The position numbers were made by a program, and so were the translations under genes. 64,000 bases of DNA from an uncultured Subdoligranulum sp. GTDB lineage: Bacteria > Bacillota > Clostridia > Christensenellales > CAG-314. The stretch lies in the NCBI GenBank assembly GCA_902496185.1, contig CABUZX010000004.1, positions 6,878-70,877 of the forward strand. Reading direction: 5' to 3'. The notes under the pieces are model-generated. The model made no database searches and was not told the origin of the DNA. It was given only the letters and a program-made list of their open reading frames with translations. Within the stretch, counting starts at the first letter, position 1. Each line of letters begins with the position of its first letter. Below, piece by piece: positions 1 through 9,792 of the stretch.

Positions 1-561
1 GTCCGTCACTTTAAACGCGTCCAAAAGATTTTCTCGACGTTGTTTAAAAGACAATTTTTCCTGCTGGTCGGTATCTTTTATTTTAATAAGATTATTTTCT
101 ATCAATGGCAAATTCGTAAGTTTGCAAACTTTTTGCGCCAACAACAGGGATTGATTGTACCCTCTTTTTGCCAAAGATTTTTCCGACAAAGGTACTGCCA
201 CCACGCAATCCACTTGTAATCCCGACGCCATTAAGGTTGCCGCCATATAATTTGCAAAAATCTCCGCCAAATAACGCTTGTTTGCGTACTTAAAATTTTT
301 AATCAATGATTGCATGTGTCCAACGTAGTCAAAACTACTTATAGCTTTGTCAAAAAAGGTTTTGTCCGCTCTACAGGTACTGCAACAATCATTGTCACCC
401 AAAACTACTGCTCCGCAGTATTTGCAGGTTTTGCCGTTGTTGAAAGGTATTTTTTGTATGCAATGCTCGCAAAATCCCTTGTCGTCAAAAATATCCGCGC
501 CACAAATACAACACGCGTGTTTGTGAAAATCAAAAATTTTATCCACCAAAGAGAAGGTCAT
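1..561 (-). CDS. comFC: ComF-family protein (ComFC-like), 3' end runs off the window
   Basis: Absent from the ORF track because the window edge truncates it. My translation of the minus strand from ATG at 561 gives MTFSLVDKIFDFHKHACCICGADIFDDKGFCEHCIQKIPFNNGKTCKYCGAVV...VDCVVAVPLSEKSLAKRGYNQSLLLAQ. It has the N-terminal double CxxC zinc finger and the VPL...RGYNQ core typical of ComF. It overlaps the recD2 stop by about 23 nt. Confidence 0.8.
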   Translation of the reverse strand, partial: MTFSLVDKIFDFHKHACCICGADIFDDKGFCEHCIQKIPFNNGKTCKYCGAVVLGDNDCCSTCRADKTFFDKAISSFDYVGHMQSLIKNFKYANKRYLAEIFANYMAATLMASGLQVDCVVAVPLSEKSLAKRGYNQSLLLAQKVCKLTNLPLIENNLIKIKDTDQQEKLSFKQRRENLLDAFKVTD

Positions 562-2776
562 ACTTTGCGTTCTCCTCTTTTAAAAACTTTTTGAGCATGG
601 TCGTACGTTGCAAAACGTAGTTATTGTGCACCATAAGCGCCAACGTTTTTTTGCTACATACCAATACCACCATTTTTTTAGCCCGCGTAACCGCCGTATA
701 AAGCAAATTTCTACTCAAAATGGTTGGCGGTCCGTTTGTAACGGCTATTACCGCTACGTCAAACTCACTACCTTGACTCTTGTGTATAGTAACGGCGTAT
801 GCAAGTTTCAAATCTTCCAAATCGTTTGCAAGATAGGGAGCAACTCTACCGTCCTCAAAAGTAACGAATAATAAGTTTGCGTTTAAGTCTATTTTGGTAA
901 CAGTCCCCATATCGCCGTTAAAAACCCCCGTACTTTCTTCCAAGCCCAATTCGGTCACCCTACTCCACTCCTGCTCGTAATCGTTGCGAACCTGCATTAC
1001 CTTGTCGCCTTCTCTAAACACGAAAGAACCGTAGCGCACTTCCTTTTTGTCACAAGCGGGCGGATTAATTATACTTTGAAGTTGTACGTTGAGATTGTTT
1101 ACGCCCGACACTCCGCCTTTAAGCGGACAAAGCACCTGAATTTCTTTTGCCGAAACGCTTGCGTACCCCGGCAAACGACGATTTACCATCTGCACTACGG
1201 TGGACAAAATATCTTCCTGCGAGTCCTTGTAAGTCACAAAAAAATCCTTGCCTTGATTATCCGCAATGGGCATCTTGCCTTGGTTTATAAGGTGAGCGTT
1301 GGTCACTATAAAACTACCTTCTTCCTGACGATAAACGTGAGTGAGATACCTAACTTCTACAATTTTGCTTGCAATCAAATCACTCAAGACGTTGCCCGCG
1401 CCAACGCTTGGCAATTGGTCTTTGTCGCCGACAAGCACGAAACGGCAATTGTCCTTTAACGCGTTTACTAAATTATAAATAATATTGACGTCCGCCATAG
1501 ACAACTCGTCCACAATAACGACGTCGGCGGGAAGCTTGTTGTTTTTGCCGTAAGTAAACTTTACCGAGCCGTCGCAAAATTCCATACCAAGCATACGGTG
1601 TATGGTCTTTGCCTCCTGCCCCGTTGACTCGCTGAGACGTTTTGCCGCTCTACCCGTAGGCGTACAATACTCCACGCGGAGTTTAAGACAATCGAATATA
1701 TACGAAACGCACTTGATTAGCGTGGTTTTGCCCGTACCTGGTCCCCCCGTCACTACGGTAACACCGCAATTTACGGCAGAGTCGATAGCCTGTTTTTGAC
1801 TTTCGTGAAATTTTATTCCGTTGAGTTTTTCAAACTCGGCAATAAGTTGGTCGGTGTCTACCCCCAAGGGCTTAGTTTCTCTAACCAACTTTACTATTTG
1901 CGAGGCAATGGATTTTTCCTGCTTGTAGTATTTTGAAAGAGCTATACACTTTTCACCGCGCTCGAAAAAGACGTTGCAAACTAAATCAAACTGCAAATTG
2001 TCAAAAGTGTTTTGAAGCAATTTTTGGTCGATTTCTTCTTCCGCCTTAAGGAGATCTTTCAATACGCCCCCTATGTCCTTGGCATACAAAAAAGTATTGC
2101 CGAGTTTTTCGGCAGACTCTTGCAAACAATAAATAACGCCTGCTCGTACTCTAAATTCACTGTCGGCAGGTATCCCCATACTTTGCGCAATTTTGTCCGC
2201 CGTCAAAAAACCTATTCCGTCAATATCGTCTATCAGCTTGTAAGGATTTTTGGTAAGCACCCTTTGGGTGTTTTCCTTATACGTATTGTAAATTTTTATC
2301 GCTGTATTCGTACCTATACCGTAAGACTGCAAAAACATAATTTGTTGTTGCATACCTATATGCTCGGCATAGCTGTTACCTATCGAAATGGCTTTGTCTC
2401 GGCTAATACCTTTTATGCTTGCTAAAGCGTAAGGGTCGTCACGCAAAACGTCCATAGTTTTGTCGCCAAAAGCGTCCACTATTTTTTCCGCCGTTTTTGG
2501 GCCAACGCCTTTAATAAGCCCGCTAGAAAGGTATTTTAGTATATCCCCGACCTTGTCTGGCGTTGCAACCACTATTTTTTGCACGCTGAACTGTTCGCCA
2601 AACCTTGGGTGACAAACGATTTTGCCCTCCAACTCTAACGCTTCGCCCACGGATACGACGGGCATATTGCCTACGCAGGTATAATCCCCGCCGTCTTCAG
2701 CAAAAAGGTCCAAAACGCAATAACCGTTTTGGTTGTTGTAAAAAATTATGTTTTTGACAACGCCTTTTAATGTCAT
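539..2776 (-). CDS. recD2: RecD2-type ATP-dependent DNA helicase
   Basis: Walker A VTGGPGTGKTT, Walker B VIVDELSMAD, and the C-terminal AVTIHKSQGSEF / YTAVTRAK helicase motifs. The true start is probably MTLKG (ATG 2776), because the first 16 codons of the track ORF run through the metK terminator hairpin. Confidence 0.9.
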   Translation of the reverse strand: MTLKGVVKNIIFYNNQNGYCVLDLFAEDGGDYTCVGNMPVVSVGEALELEGKIVCHPRFGEQFSVQKIVVATPDKVGDILKYLSSGLIKGVGPKTAEKIVDAFGDKTMDVLRDDPYALASIKGISRDKAISIGNSYAEHIGMQQQIMFLQSYGIGTNTAIKIYNTYKENTQRVLTKNPYKLIDDIDGIGFLTADKIAQSMGIPADSEFRVRAGVIYCLQESAEKLGNTFLYAKDIGGVLKDLLKAEEEIDQKLLQNTFDNLQFDLVCNVFFERGEKCIALSKYYKQEKSIASQIVKLVRETKPLGVDTDQLIAEFEKLNGIKFHESQKQAIDSAVNCGVTVVTGGPGTGKTTLIKCVSYIFDCLKLRVEYCTPTGRAAKRLSESTGQEAKTIHRMLGMEFCDGSVKFTYGKNNKLPADVVIVDELSMADVNIIYNLVNALKDNCRFVLVGDKDQLPSVGAGNVLSDLIASKIVEVRYLTHVYRQEEGSFIVTNAHLINQGKMPIADNQGKDFFVTYKDSQEDILSTVVQMVNRRLPGYASVSAKEIQVLCPLKGGVSGVNNLNVQLQSIINPPACDKKEVRYGSFVFREGDKVMQVRNDYEQEWSRVTELGLEESTGVFNGDMGTVTKIDLNANLLFVTFEDGRVAPYLANDLEDLKLAYAVTIHKSQGSEFDVAVIAVTNGPPTILSRNLLYTAVTRAKKMVVLVCSKKTLALMVHNNYVLQRTTMLKKFLKEENAKYDLLFGG

Positions 2777-2796
2777 TTTTTTATTGTACCATATTT

Positions 2797-2830
2797 TAAG
2801 AAAAAAGTGCGTTTTTTTACGCACTTTTTT
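2797..2830 (-). terminator. Rho-independent terminator after metK
   Basis: The minus-strand transcript reads AGTGCG-TAAAAAAA-CGCACT followed by TTTTTTC, directly downstream of the metK stop at 2832. Confidence 0.6.
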
Positions 2831-2831
2831 A

Positions 2832-4004
2832 TCATTTGATATATTTTTTTAGCGTTTGCGCCATATCGGTTGCCTCCCAAGGAAATCCTACTCTGCCAAA
2901 ATGTCCGTAGGTAGCCGTTGCGGAATAAATGGGACGCAACAAATCCAATTTTTTGATAATGGCTTTGGGGCGCAAATCAAAGTTTTCTGAAATAATTTTT
3001 ACCAACTCCTCGTCGCTGAGTTTGCCCGTACCGAAAGTATTTACAAATATACTTACCGGTCTTGCAACGCCGATAGTATAGCCTACTTGCATTTCTATCT
3101 TTTTAGCAAGCCCTGCTTTTACGATATTTTTGCAAATATAACGGCACATATAGGTTGCGCTTCTGTCCACTTTTGTCGGGTCTTTGCCAGAAAAAGCTCC
3201 GCCACCGTGAGCGCAGTATCCGCCGTAAGTATCAACGACTATTTTGCGTCCCGTAAGCCCCGTGTCGCCCATTGGTCCGCCGATAACAAACTTGCCCGTA
3301 GGATTGACGTAATATTTTGTATTTTCGTCCAACAAATAGTCTGGAATAACTGCTTTTATTACGTGGTTTATCATATCAGCGCGCAATTCTTCCATATCAA
3401 CTTCAGGCGCATGTTGAGTGGATAAAACCACCGCTTCTACTCTTTTTGCAACGTCGCCGTCGTACTCTACCGTGACCTGCGCCTTACCGTCGGGACGAAG
3501 GTAAGCAAACGCGCCGTTTTTGCGTACTTGAGCTAAACGCATACACAATTTGTTTGCAAGGACGTGCGCCAAGGGCATCAATTCTTCCGTTTCGTCGCAA
3601 GCAAAACCGAACATCATACCTTGGTCTCCCGCGCCAAATTGGTCAAGATCGTCTCCCGTTTGCTTGTATTCGAGACTGTTGTCTACGCCCAAAGCAATAT
3701 CACTGCTTTGTTCGTCAATGCTTGTCAAAATAGCGCACGTATTGCCGTCAAATCCGTACTTTGCGCGCGTATAACCTATGTTTTTGACTGTTTCTCTAAC
3801 TAAAGAGGGAATATCCACGTAACAGTTTGTGGAAATTTCGCCTGCCACCAACACGCTACCCGTAAAACACATTGTTTCGCAAGCAACGCGAGCGTTTTTG
3901 TCCTTTGCTATAATTGCGTCGAGAATAGCGTCGCTTATCTGATCGCAAATTTTGTCAGGGTGACCTTCCGTCACGCTTTCACTCGTAAAAAATCTTTTTT
4001 GCAT
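2832..4004 (-). CDS. metK: S-adenosylmethionine synthetase
   Basis: [30 protein letters not shown] and [17 protein letters not shown] are hallmark MetK motifs. The RBS AAAGGAGAA lies upstream of the ATG. Confidence 0.97.
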   Translation of the reverse strand: MQKRFFTSESVTEGHPDKICDQISDAILDAIIAKDKNARVACETMCFTGSVLVAGEISTNCYVDIPSLVRETVKNIGYTRAKYGFDGNTCAILTSIDEQSSDIALGVDNSLEYKQTGDDLDQFGAGDQGMMFGFACDETEELMPLAHVLANKLCMRLAQVRKNGAFAYLRPDGKAQVTVEYDGDVAKRVEAVVLSTQHAPEVDMEELRADMINHVIKAVIPDYLLDENTKYYVNPTGKFVIGGPMGDTGLTGRKIVVDTYGGYCAHGGGAFSGKDPTKVDRSATYMCRYICKNIVKAGLAKKIEMQVGYTIGVARPVSIFVNTFGTGKLSDEELVKIISENFDLRPKAIIKKLDLLRPIYSATATYGHFGRVGFPWEATDMAQTLKKYIK

Positions 4005-4056
4005 AACTTTCTCCTTTTGTTTAGCGGTTTTTTTGCTTTGTCTTTATTTTTTTCAA

Positions 4057-4226
4057 CAAAAAAATCCCGTCGAAAAGGCGGGACAAACCAAAACAAAATA
4101 CCGCCCTATCTGTCAAACGTAAAACTACCGTTTGTGGAAATTAGCACCTTGTTTGTAATGCTCAAGCATACAAAGGGTTGCTGTGTCATCATAAGGTCCA
4201 TCCCTCCGACACTCTTGATAGAGATT
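4057..4226 (-). promoter_or_regulatory. SAM-I (S-box) riboswitch leader of metK with expression-platform hairpin
   Basis: The minus strand reads TCTCTATCAAGAGTGTCGGAGGGATGGACCTTATGATGACACAGCAACC...GGTGCTAATTTCCACAAACGG...GACAGATAGGG. It carries P1 (CTATC/GATAG) and the AAGAG, GAGGGA, GCAACC and GGTGCTAA boxes of the S-box consensus. A TCCCGCC-TTTTC-GACGGGA hairpin plus T7 tract follows at about 4057-4084. Confidence 0.85.
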
Positions 4227-4235
4227 TGTGCAATA

Positions 4236-4264
4236 TTTATACTACATATTGCCACCACTGTCAA
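4236..4264 (-). promoter_or_regulatory. Sigma-A type promoter of the metK leader
   Basis: Minus strand has TTGACA (4264-4259), a 17-nt spacer and TATAAA (4241-4236). This places the TSS just upstream of riboswitch P1. Confidence 0.55.
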
Positions 4265-4354
4265 GCATTTGAAAAGTATTTTTACATACCGTCTCTAAAT
4301 TTATACCAAACACCTTTTGTTTTAAAAGCTAATTTCGTTTTTTTATTTTTTCGG

Positions 4355-4383
4355 TTTACATACCCACCAAAAGCTTGTATAAT
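4355..4383 (+). promoter_or_regulatory. Sigma-A type promoter of the deo operon
   Basis: TTTACA (4355-4360), a 17-nt spacer ending in TG, then TATAAT (4378-4383), giving an extended -10. Confidence 0.5.
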
Positions 4384-4404
4384 AGTAGCAAAGGAAAAAC
4401 GTTT

Positions 4405-5061
4405 ATGACAAATCAAGAAGTATTAAAAAAAGTTGACCACACGTTGCTAAAACAAACGGCAACGCAAGAACAAATAATGCAACTGTGCGACGAAGCAGTA
4501 GCTTACTCGGTTGCAAGCGTATGTATTCCGCCGAGTTTTGTGAGCGCCGTCAAACAACGTTACGGCGATAAACTTTCGGTATGTACCGTCGTTGGCTTTC
4601 CAAACGGATACAACACGACCGAAACCAAAGTTTTTGAAACAACCGACGCAATAAAAAACGGCGCGGACGAAATAGATATGGTAATAAACGTCGGCTGGGC
4701 TCAAGAAGAAAGATACGATTTGATTGAGCAAGAAATTTCCGCAGTACGTCAAGTCACAAAGGGGCGCGTACTTAAAGTTATTGTAGAAACGTGCTTTTTG
4801 ACAACACGGCAAAAAATAAAACTGTGCAAAGTAGTCGCCGACGCAAAAGCCGACTTTATAAAAACAAGTACGGGATTTGGCTCAGGCGGAGCAACGCGTC
4901 AAGACGTTGAGCTTTTTAAAAAGCATATCGGCGACGACGTCAAAATAAAAGCTTCCGGTGGTATCAAAACCCTTTCGGACGCGCAAGACTTTTTGAATCT
5001 CGGATGTGAAAGACTGGGCGCAAGCAGTATCGTTGCAGAAGTAAAACGCCAACAATCTTAA
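4405..5061 (+). CDS. deoC: Deoxyribose-phosphate aldolase
   Basis: VDHTLLK at the N-terminus and the Schiff-base lysine context DFIKTSTGF. I chose the start at ATG 4405 (MTNQEV) behind an AAGGAAAAA RBS, not the track start at 4375. Confidence 0.92.
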   Translation: MTNQEVLKKVDHTLLKQTATQEQIMQLCDEAVAYSVASVCIPPSFVSAVKQRYGDKLSVCTVVGFPNGYNTTETKVFETTDAIKNGADEIDMVINVGWAQEERYDLIEQEISAVRQVTKGRVLKVIVETCFLTTRQKIKLCKVVADAKADFIKTSTGFGSGGATRQDVELFKKHIGDDVKIKASGGIKTLSDAQDFLNLGCERLGASSIVAEVKRQQS

Positions 5062-5119
5062 AAATAAAAACCGTATCAAAATGCAATAACAAGGAAAAAA
5101 TTTAAACAAGGAGAAAGAT

Positions 5120-5824
5120 ATGTCAACACCACACAACAGCGCGAATAAAGGTGATTTTGCAAAAACCGTACTTATGCCCGGTGATCCTTTACGCGCAAAA
5201 TTTATTGCGGAAAATTTTTTAACGGATGCCGTACTTGTCAACAACGTACGTGGCGTACAAGGCTACACGGGGTATTACAAAGGCAAAAGAGTTTCAGTAA
5301 TGGCAAGCGGTATGGGTATACCGAGCATTGCCATTTACGCCCGTGAATTGTACGAGCATTTTGACGTTCAATCCATTATTAGGGTGGGTAGCGCAGGCGG
5401 TCTTGCAAACGGAATAAAAACCAAAGACGTAATAATAGCGCTCGGCGCTTGTACGGATAGCAACTTTGCAAAACAATATCGCCTTAACGGCACTTTTGCG
5501 CCCATTGCAGACTTTTTCCTTGCGGAAAAAGCTTTTAGACTTGCAAAACAAGCCAACCTTCCCGTAAGGATAGGCAATATTTTAAGTAGCGACGTTTTTT
5601 ACTCGGACAGAACGGAGCACGAAAAATGGCGTGATATGGGAGTACTTGCGGTAGAAATGGAGTGCGCGGGACTTTATACCGTAGCTTCTACTCTCAACAA
5701 AAAAGCGCTTTGCATTTGTACGGTAAGCGATTGTCCGTTGACGGGCGAAAGCCTTTCTTCCAACGAAAGACAAACGGGCTTTGGGCAAATGATAGAACTT
5801 GCTCTTGACGTTGCGGAAGAATAA
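5120..5824 (+). CDS. deoD: Purine nucleoside phosphorylase, DeoD type
   Basis: MPGDPLRAKFIAE, GMGIPSIAIY and VEMECAGLY are typical of hexameric PNP. RBS is AAGGAGAAAG. Confidence 0.95.
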   Translation: MSTPHNSANKGDFAKTVLMPGDPLRAKFIAENFLTDAVLVNNVRGVQGYTGYYKGKRVSVMASGMGIPSIAIYARELYEHFDVQSIIRVGSAGGLANGIKTKDVIIALGACTDSNFAKQYRLNGTFAPIADFFLAEKAFRLAKQANLPVRIGNILSSDVFYSDRTEHEKWRDMGVLAVEMECAGLYTVASTLNKKALCICTVSDCPLTGESLSSNERQTGFGQMIELALDVAEE

Positions 5825-5840
5825 TATCAAGGAGAAAACA

Positions 5841-6989
5841 ATGTCAAAACGCGTTTTTTTAATTGTTTTAGACAGCTTTGGAATAGGCGCGTCGCCCGAC
5901 GCATACAAGTACGGCGATACTGACAGCAATACGCTTGCAACACTTGCAAAAAGCAAGTACTTTTTTGCGCCCAACCTCTTTAATCTCGGATTGTTTAATA
6001 TCGACGGTATAAACATATACCCTCAAAACCCTTCCCCAAAGGCTGACTTTGCGCGCCTTAAGGAATTGTCTCAAGGCAAAGACACCGTAAGCGGTCATTG
6101 GGAAATGGCAGGTATCGTATCCAAACGCCCCTTTCCGACCTACCCAAACGGCTTTGATGAGGAAATTTTGCAAAAACTCACAAAAGCAACGGGCAGAAAC
6201 GTTTTGTGCAACAAGCCGTATTCTGGCACACAGGTCATACTTGACTACGGAAAACAACACATGCAAACGGGCGACCTTATAGTTTACACTTCCGCCGATA
6301 GCGTTATGCAAATTGCCACGCACGAAGATATTGTACCCGTCGAGCAACTTTATCAAATTTGCCGTACCGCGCGTCAAATTATGTCGGGCAAAGACGCCGT
6401 AGGTAGAATTATTGCCCGACCTTTTGTGGGCGAATACCCAAACTTTAAAAGAACCTCCAACCGCCACGACTTTGCCTTGCCTCCACCAAACAAAACAATG
6501 TTAGATTGCTTAAAAGAGGGCGGTTTTGACACTATCGGAATAGGCAAAATAAACGATATTTTTTGCGGACAGGGTTTGACGGAAAGCATAAAAACCGTAG
6601 ACAACGCCGACGGAATGAGCAAAATTATGCAAACGGCGCAACGGGATTTTTGTGGACTTTGTTTTGCCAATCTCGTAGATTTTGACTCGCAATTTGGACA
6701 CCGCAACGATATTGACGGTTATGCAAAGGCAATTTCCGCTTTTGACAAGTGGCTTGGAGACTTTTTGCCACATCTCAATAAAGACGACGCCCTTATTATT
6801 ACGGCAGACCACGGTTGCGACCCCGCGACGCCCTCTACCGACCACTCGCGTGAATACGTGCCGTTTTTGCACTACGGTTTAGGAGCAAAAGGCAACGATA
6901 ATCTCGGTACAAAAAACGGCTTTTTCTTTGTTGCTCAAACAATATGCGCTCTTTTGGGCGTACCACTTGACAATTTAAACAGCAATTAG
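5841..6989 (+). CDS. deoB: Phosphopentomutase
   Basis: VLDSFGIG, SGHWEMAG and TADHGCDP motifs. Start is at ATG 5841 behind AAGGAGAAAACA; the track start at 5799 overlaps deoD. Confidence 0.95.
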   Translation: MSKRVFLIVLDSFGIGASPDAYKYGDTDSNTLATLAKSKYFFAPNLFNLGLFNIDGINIYPQNPSPKADFARLKELSQGKDTVSGHWEMAGIVSKRPFPTYPNGFDEEILQKLTKATGRNVLCNKPYSGTQVILDYGKQHMQTGDLIVYTSADSVMQIATHEDIVPVEQLYQICRTARQIMSGKDAVGRIIARPFVGEYPNFKRTSNRHDFALPPPNKTMLDCLKEGGFDTIGIGKINDIFCGQGLTESIKTVDNADGMSKIMQTAQRDFCGLCFANLVDFDSQFGHRNDIDGYAKAISAFDKWLGDFLPHLNKDDALIITADHGCDPATPSTDHSREYVPFLHYGLGAKGNDNLGTKNGFFFVAQTICALLGVPLDNLNSN

Positions 6990-6999
6990 GAGAGAGATT

Positions 7000-7410
7000 A
7001 TGACGGAAAACGACATCAAAAACCTTATATCCAAAGCTTTGACTGCTCGCAAAAACAGTTATTCGCCCTACTCGCAATTTGCGGTAGGCTCGGCATTGCT
7101 TTCTAATAACGGTGAAATTTTTTGCGGTTGCAATATCGAAAACTCCGCCTTTACTCCTTCCGTATGCGCAGAAAGAGTCGCTCTCTTTAAAGCAGTAAGT
7201 CAAGGCGTAAAAAAATTTAAGGCAATTGCCGTAGTGGGTGGTAAAGATACGCCAACGGACTTTTGTCCGCCTTGCGGGGTATGTCGTCAAACTTTAAAAG
7301 AGTTTTGCAACGACGACTTTAAAGTGATTTTAGCAAAGGATAATCTCGAATACAAAATATATACTTTGTCAGAACTTTTACCACATTGCTTTGACAAAAA
7401 CAATTTTTGA
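7000..7410 (+). CDS. cdd: Cytidine deaminase
   Basis: Zinc ligand motifs CAERVALF and PCGVCRQ. At 136 aa it fits the tetrameric class. Confidence 0.93.
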   Translation: MTENDIKNLISKALTARKNSYSPYSQFAVGSALLSNNGEIFCGCNIENSAFTPSVCAERVALFKAVSQGVKKFKAIAVVGGKDTPTDFCPPCGVCRQTLKEFCNDDFKVILAKDNLEYKIYTLSELLPHCFDKNNF

Positions 7411-7422
7411 AACCAACTTAAA

Positions 7423-7466
7423 AACCACCGTACCTTACTTTGCAAAAGTAATGCGGTGGTTTTTTG
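7423..7466 (+). terminator. Rho-independent terminator after cdd
   Basis: Long hairpin CCACCGTACCTTACTTT-GC-AAAGTAATGCGGTGG followed by TTTTTTG. Confidence 0.6.
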
Positions 7467-7570
7467 TTATTAAATTAACTCTATAATGACGAAATAAGTT
7501 TTTTTATTGCAAATTTTTCAAGCAAAATATTTTTCTTATGATATAATATAACAGCAAGGAGAAATAATTT

Positions 7571-8914
7571 ATGCCTGCCAATCAATCTTTACAACAGCCC
7601 AAAACAAGAATTTACGACGTAATCAAAGCCAAACGCGACGGAAAAACTCTCACCACAAAGGAAATTCAGTTTTTTATTGACGGCGTATGCGACGGGAGTA
7701 TACCAGACTACCAAATTTCGGCGTTACTTATGGCAATTTGCATAAACGGTATGACGCTAAAAGAAACGGCAGACCTTACCTTTGCAATGGCAAATAGCGG
7801 AGATACCGTAGATTTAAGCGCCATAAACGGCAAAAAAGTCGACAAACACAGCACGGGAGGCGTTGGAGACAAAACCTCTCTCATAATCGTACCTATGGTT
7901 GCGTCTTGCGGTGCAAAAGTTGCCAAAATGAGTGGACGAGGTCTTGGTCATACGGGCGGTACGATTGACAAATTGGAATCCATACCGGGCTACAAAACTC
8001 AACTCTCTCGAGAAAAATTTTTCGACGTGGTAAATCAAACGGGCGCAAGCATAATCGGTCAATCAGGAAACCTTGCCCCCGCGGACAAAAAATTATATGC
8101 TTTGCGTGACGTCACCGCAACCGTCGAAAGTTTGCCACTTATCGTATCCAGCATAATGAGCAAAAAAATTGCTTCCGGCGCAGACGGAATAGTTTTGGAC
8201 GTAAAAGTAGGTAGCGGTAGTTTCAACAAAGATTTGCAATATGCCGAAAAACTTGCCACAACAATGATTAAAATAGCTAAGGAAGTCAATCGCCGTGTTA
8301 CTGCCGTTTTGTCGGATATGGACGTGCCGTTGGGCAGAGCCATAGGCAACCTCGTCGAAGTACAAGAGGCAATTGAGGTTTTGTCGGGTGGCGGACCGCA
8401 AGACCTTAAAGACGTTTGCATAACCTTGGCGTCCCATATGCTTTTTTTGGCAGACGTGGGAGATATAGACACTTGCCGAAAAAAAGCGCAAGAGTCGCTT
8501 TTGGACGGCTCTGCTCTAAACGCTTTTTGCCGTATGGTTTCAGCGCATGGAGGAGACGAAAACTTTGTAAAAAATATAAAAAACGCCCCAAAAGCGCCCT
8601 ACTCTTTTCAAGTCTTGTCGCCTTGCACGGCGTATATTTCAAAAATGCAAACTGAGCAAATAGGCGTATCAAGCTTACTGCTTGGCGCAGGACGCAAAAC
8701 AAAACAAGACAAAATCGACCACCTTGCTGGGATTTTGCTTCACAAAAAAACGGGGGACTTCGTTTGCGCGGGGCAACCCTTGGCAACTCTTTTTGCAAGC
8801 GACGCAAGCTTGTTTGCCGACGCTGAAAAAACTTTTGTCAAGGCTCTTACCTTTGACGAAGAAGCGCCAAAAAAACAACCGACTATACTTAAGATCATCA
8901 CCCAACCCAATTAA
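7571..8914 (+). CDS. pdp: Pyrimidine-nucleoside (thymidine) phosphorylase
   Basis: DKHSTGGVGDK and GRGLGHTGGTIDKLESIPG motifs of the glycosyltransferase family 3 phosphorylases. Confidence 0.93.
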   Translation: MPANQSLQQPKTRIYDVIKAKRDGKTLTTKEIQFFIDGVCDGSIPDYQISALLMAICINGMTLKETADLTFAMANSGDTVDLSAINGKKVDKHSTGGVGDKTSLIIVPMVASCGAKVAKMSGRGLGHTGGTIDKLESIPGYKTQLSREKFFDVVNQTGASIIGQSGNLAPADKKLYALRDVTATVESLPLIVSSIMSKKIASGADGIVLDVKVGSGSFNKDLQYAEKLATTMIKIAKEVNRRVTAVLSDMDVPLGRAIGNLVEVQEAIEVLSGGGPQDLKDVCITLASHMLFLADVGDIDTCRKKAQESLLDGSALNAFCRMVSAHGGDENFVKNIKNAPKAPYSFQVLSPCTAYISKMQTEQIGVSSLLLGAGRKTKQDKIDHLAGILLHKKTGDFVCAGQPLATLFASDASLFADAEKTFVKALTFDEEAPKKQPTILKIITQPN

Positions 8915-8930
8915 TTAATCAAAAGACGTA

Positions 8931-8967
8931 AAAAACGGTACAACTCAATGATTGTATCGTTTTTTTA
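8931..8967 (+). terminator. Rho-independent terminator after pdp
   Basis: ACGGTACAA-CTCAATGA-TTGTATCGT (one G.U pair) followed by a T7 tract. Confidence 0.55.
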
Positions 8968-9044
8968 CTAATCAAATTTATTTATTGAAATTTATAACCA
9001 GTCAAAAAACGACTGAAGAAAAATTTTTTGTTTCTCTAAATTTT

Positions 9045-9704
9045 TTATTTTAATAAAAAGCGGTTTTTCTCAAAAGACAAAAGACCTTCGTCGCGCATCT
9101 TGCAAAGTTCGTTTGACATAGCGCTTCGGTCAACTGACAAAAAATCAGCAAGTTGCTGACGGTTAAAAGGTATAACGAAACTCGCGCTGTTTTGCCTTTT
9201 TGCTTCTTCGGACAAATAAGACGTCAGTTTTTCTCTTGTCGAACGCTTGCTGATATGCGATATTTTTTGTACGAGCCTTTTGTTTTTTTCAGAAATAGCA
9301 AAAAACAAATTTTGCGCAACCATAGAGTGAAAACGACAAGCAGACGGACAAGCGGTAATTATTTTTTTTACGTCAAAAAAAGCCACGCTACTGTCTTCTA
9401 CCGCGACCACGTCGTTTAGCAACGCTCCGCTTTCAGGAGCGATATAAGCCTCTCCAAATATTTCGCCTACGGAAATATTGTTTACAATGCTTCGGTTTCC
9501 CCAATAATCGTCTTTTTGTATATGTAGATTACCTTTTAGCAAAACCGTTATTTGCGATATATGTTGCCCCTGACGAAAAACGTATTCGCCCTTTTTATAT
9601 TCTTTTAATTTTGCGTCAAGACAAGACGACATCAATAAAATTTCTTCTTCCGATACGCCCGAAAATAATTTTGTTCTTTTCAATACGTCTATAAAATTTT
9701 TCAT
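9045..9704 (-). CDS. Crp/Fnr-family transcriptional regulator
   Basis: N-terminal cNMP-binding-like beta-roll (FGE...A) and a C-terminal HTH, RQQLADFLSVDRSAMSNELCKMRDEGLL. There is no N-terminal Cys cluster of true FNR. Confidence 0.85.
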   Translation of the reverse strand: MKNFIDVLKRTKLFSGVSEEEILLMSSCLDAKLKEYKKGEYVFRQGQHISQITVLLKGNLHIQKDDYWGNRSIVNNISVGEIFGEAYIAPESGALLNDVVAVEDSSVAFFDVKKIITACPSACRFHSMVAQNLFFAISEKNKRLVQKISHISKRSTREKLTSYLSEEAKRQNSASFVIPFNRQQLADFLSVDRSAMSNELCKMRDEGLLSFEKNRFLLK

Positions 9705-9718
9705 AATTTTCTATTTTT

Positions 9719-9732
9719 GTTGTAAAAACAAC
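9719..9732. promoter_or_regulatory. Candidate Crp/Fnr-type operator (GTTGT-N4-ACAAC)
   Basis: A perfect 5-4-5 inverted repeat, GTTGTAAAAACAAC, in the 88-bp divergent intergenic region between the regulator and the ferredoxin-like gene. It sits upstream of a TATAAT at 9765-9770. Confidence 0.3.
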
Positions 9733-9792
9733 CGACTTGTTGCTATTATTGTATTATAATAAAAACACAAAGTCAATCAAAGGAGCAATATT

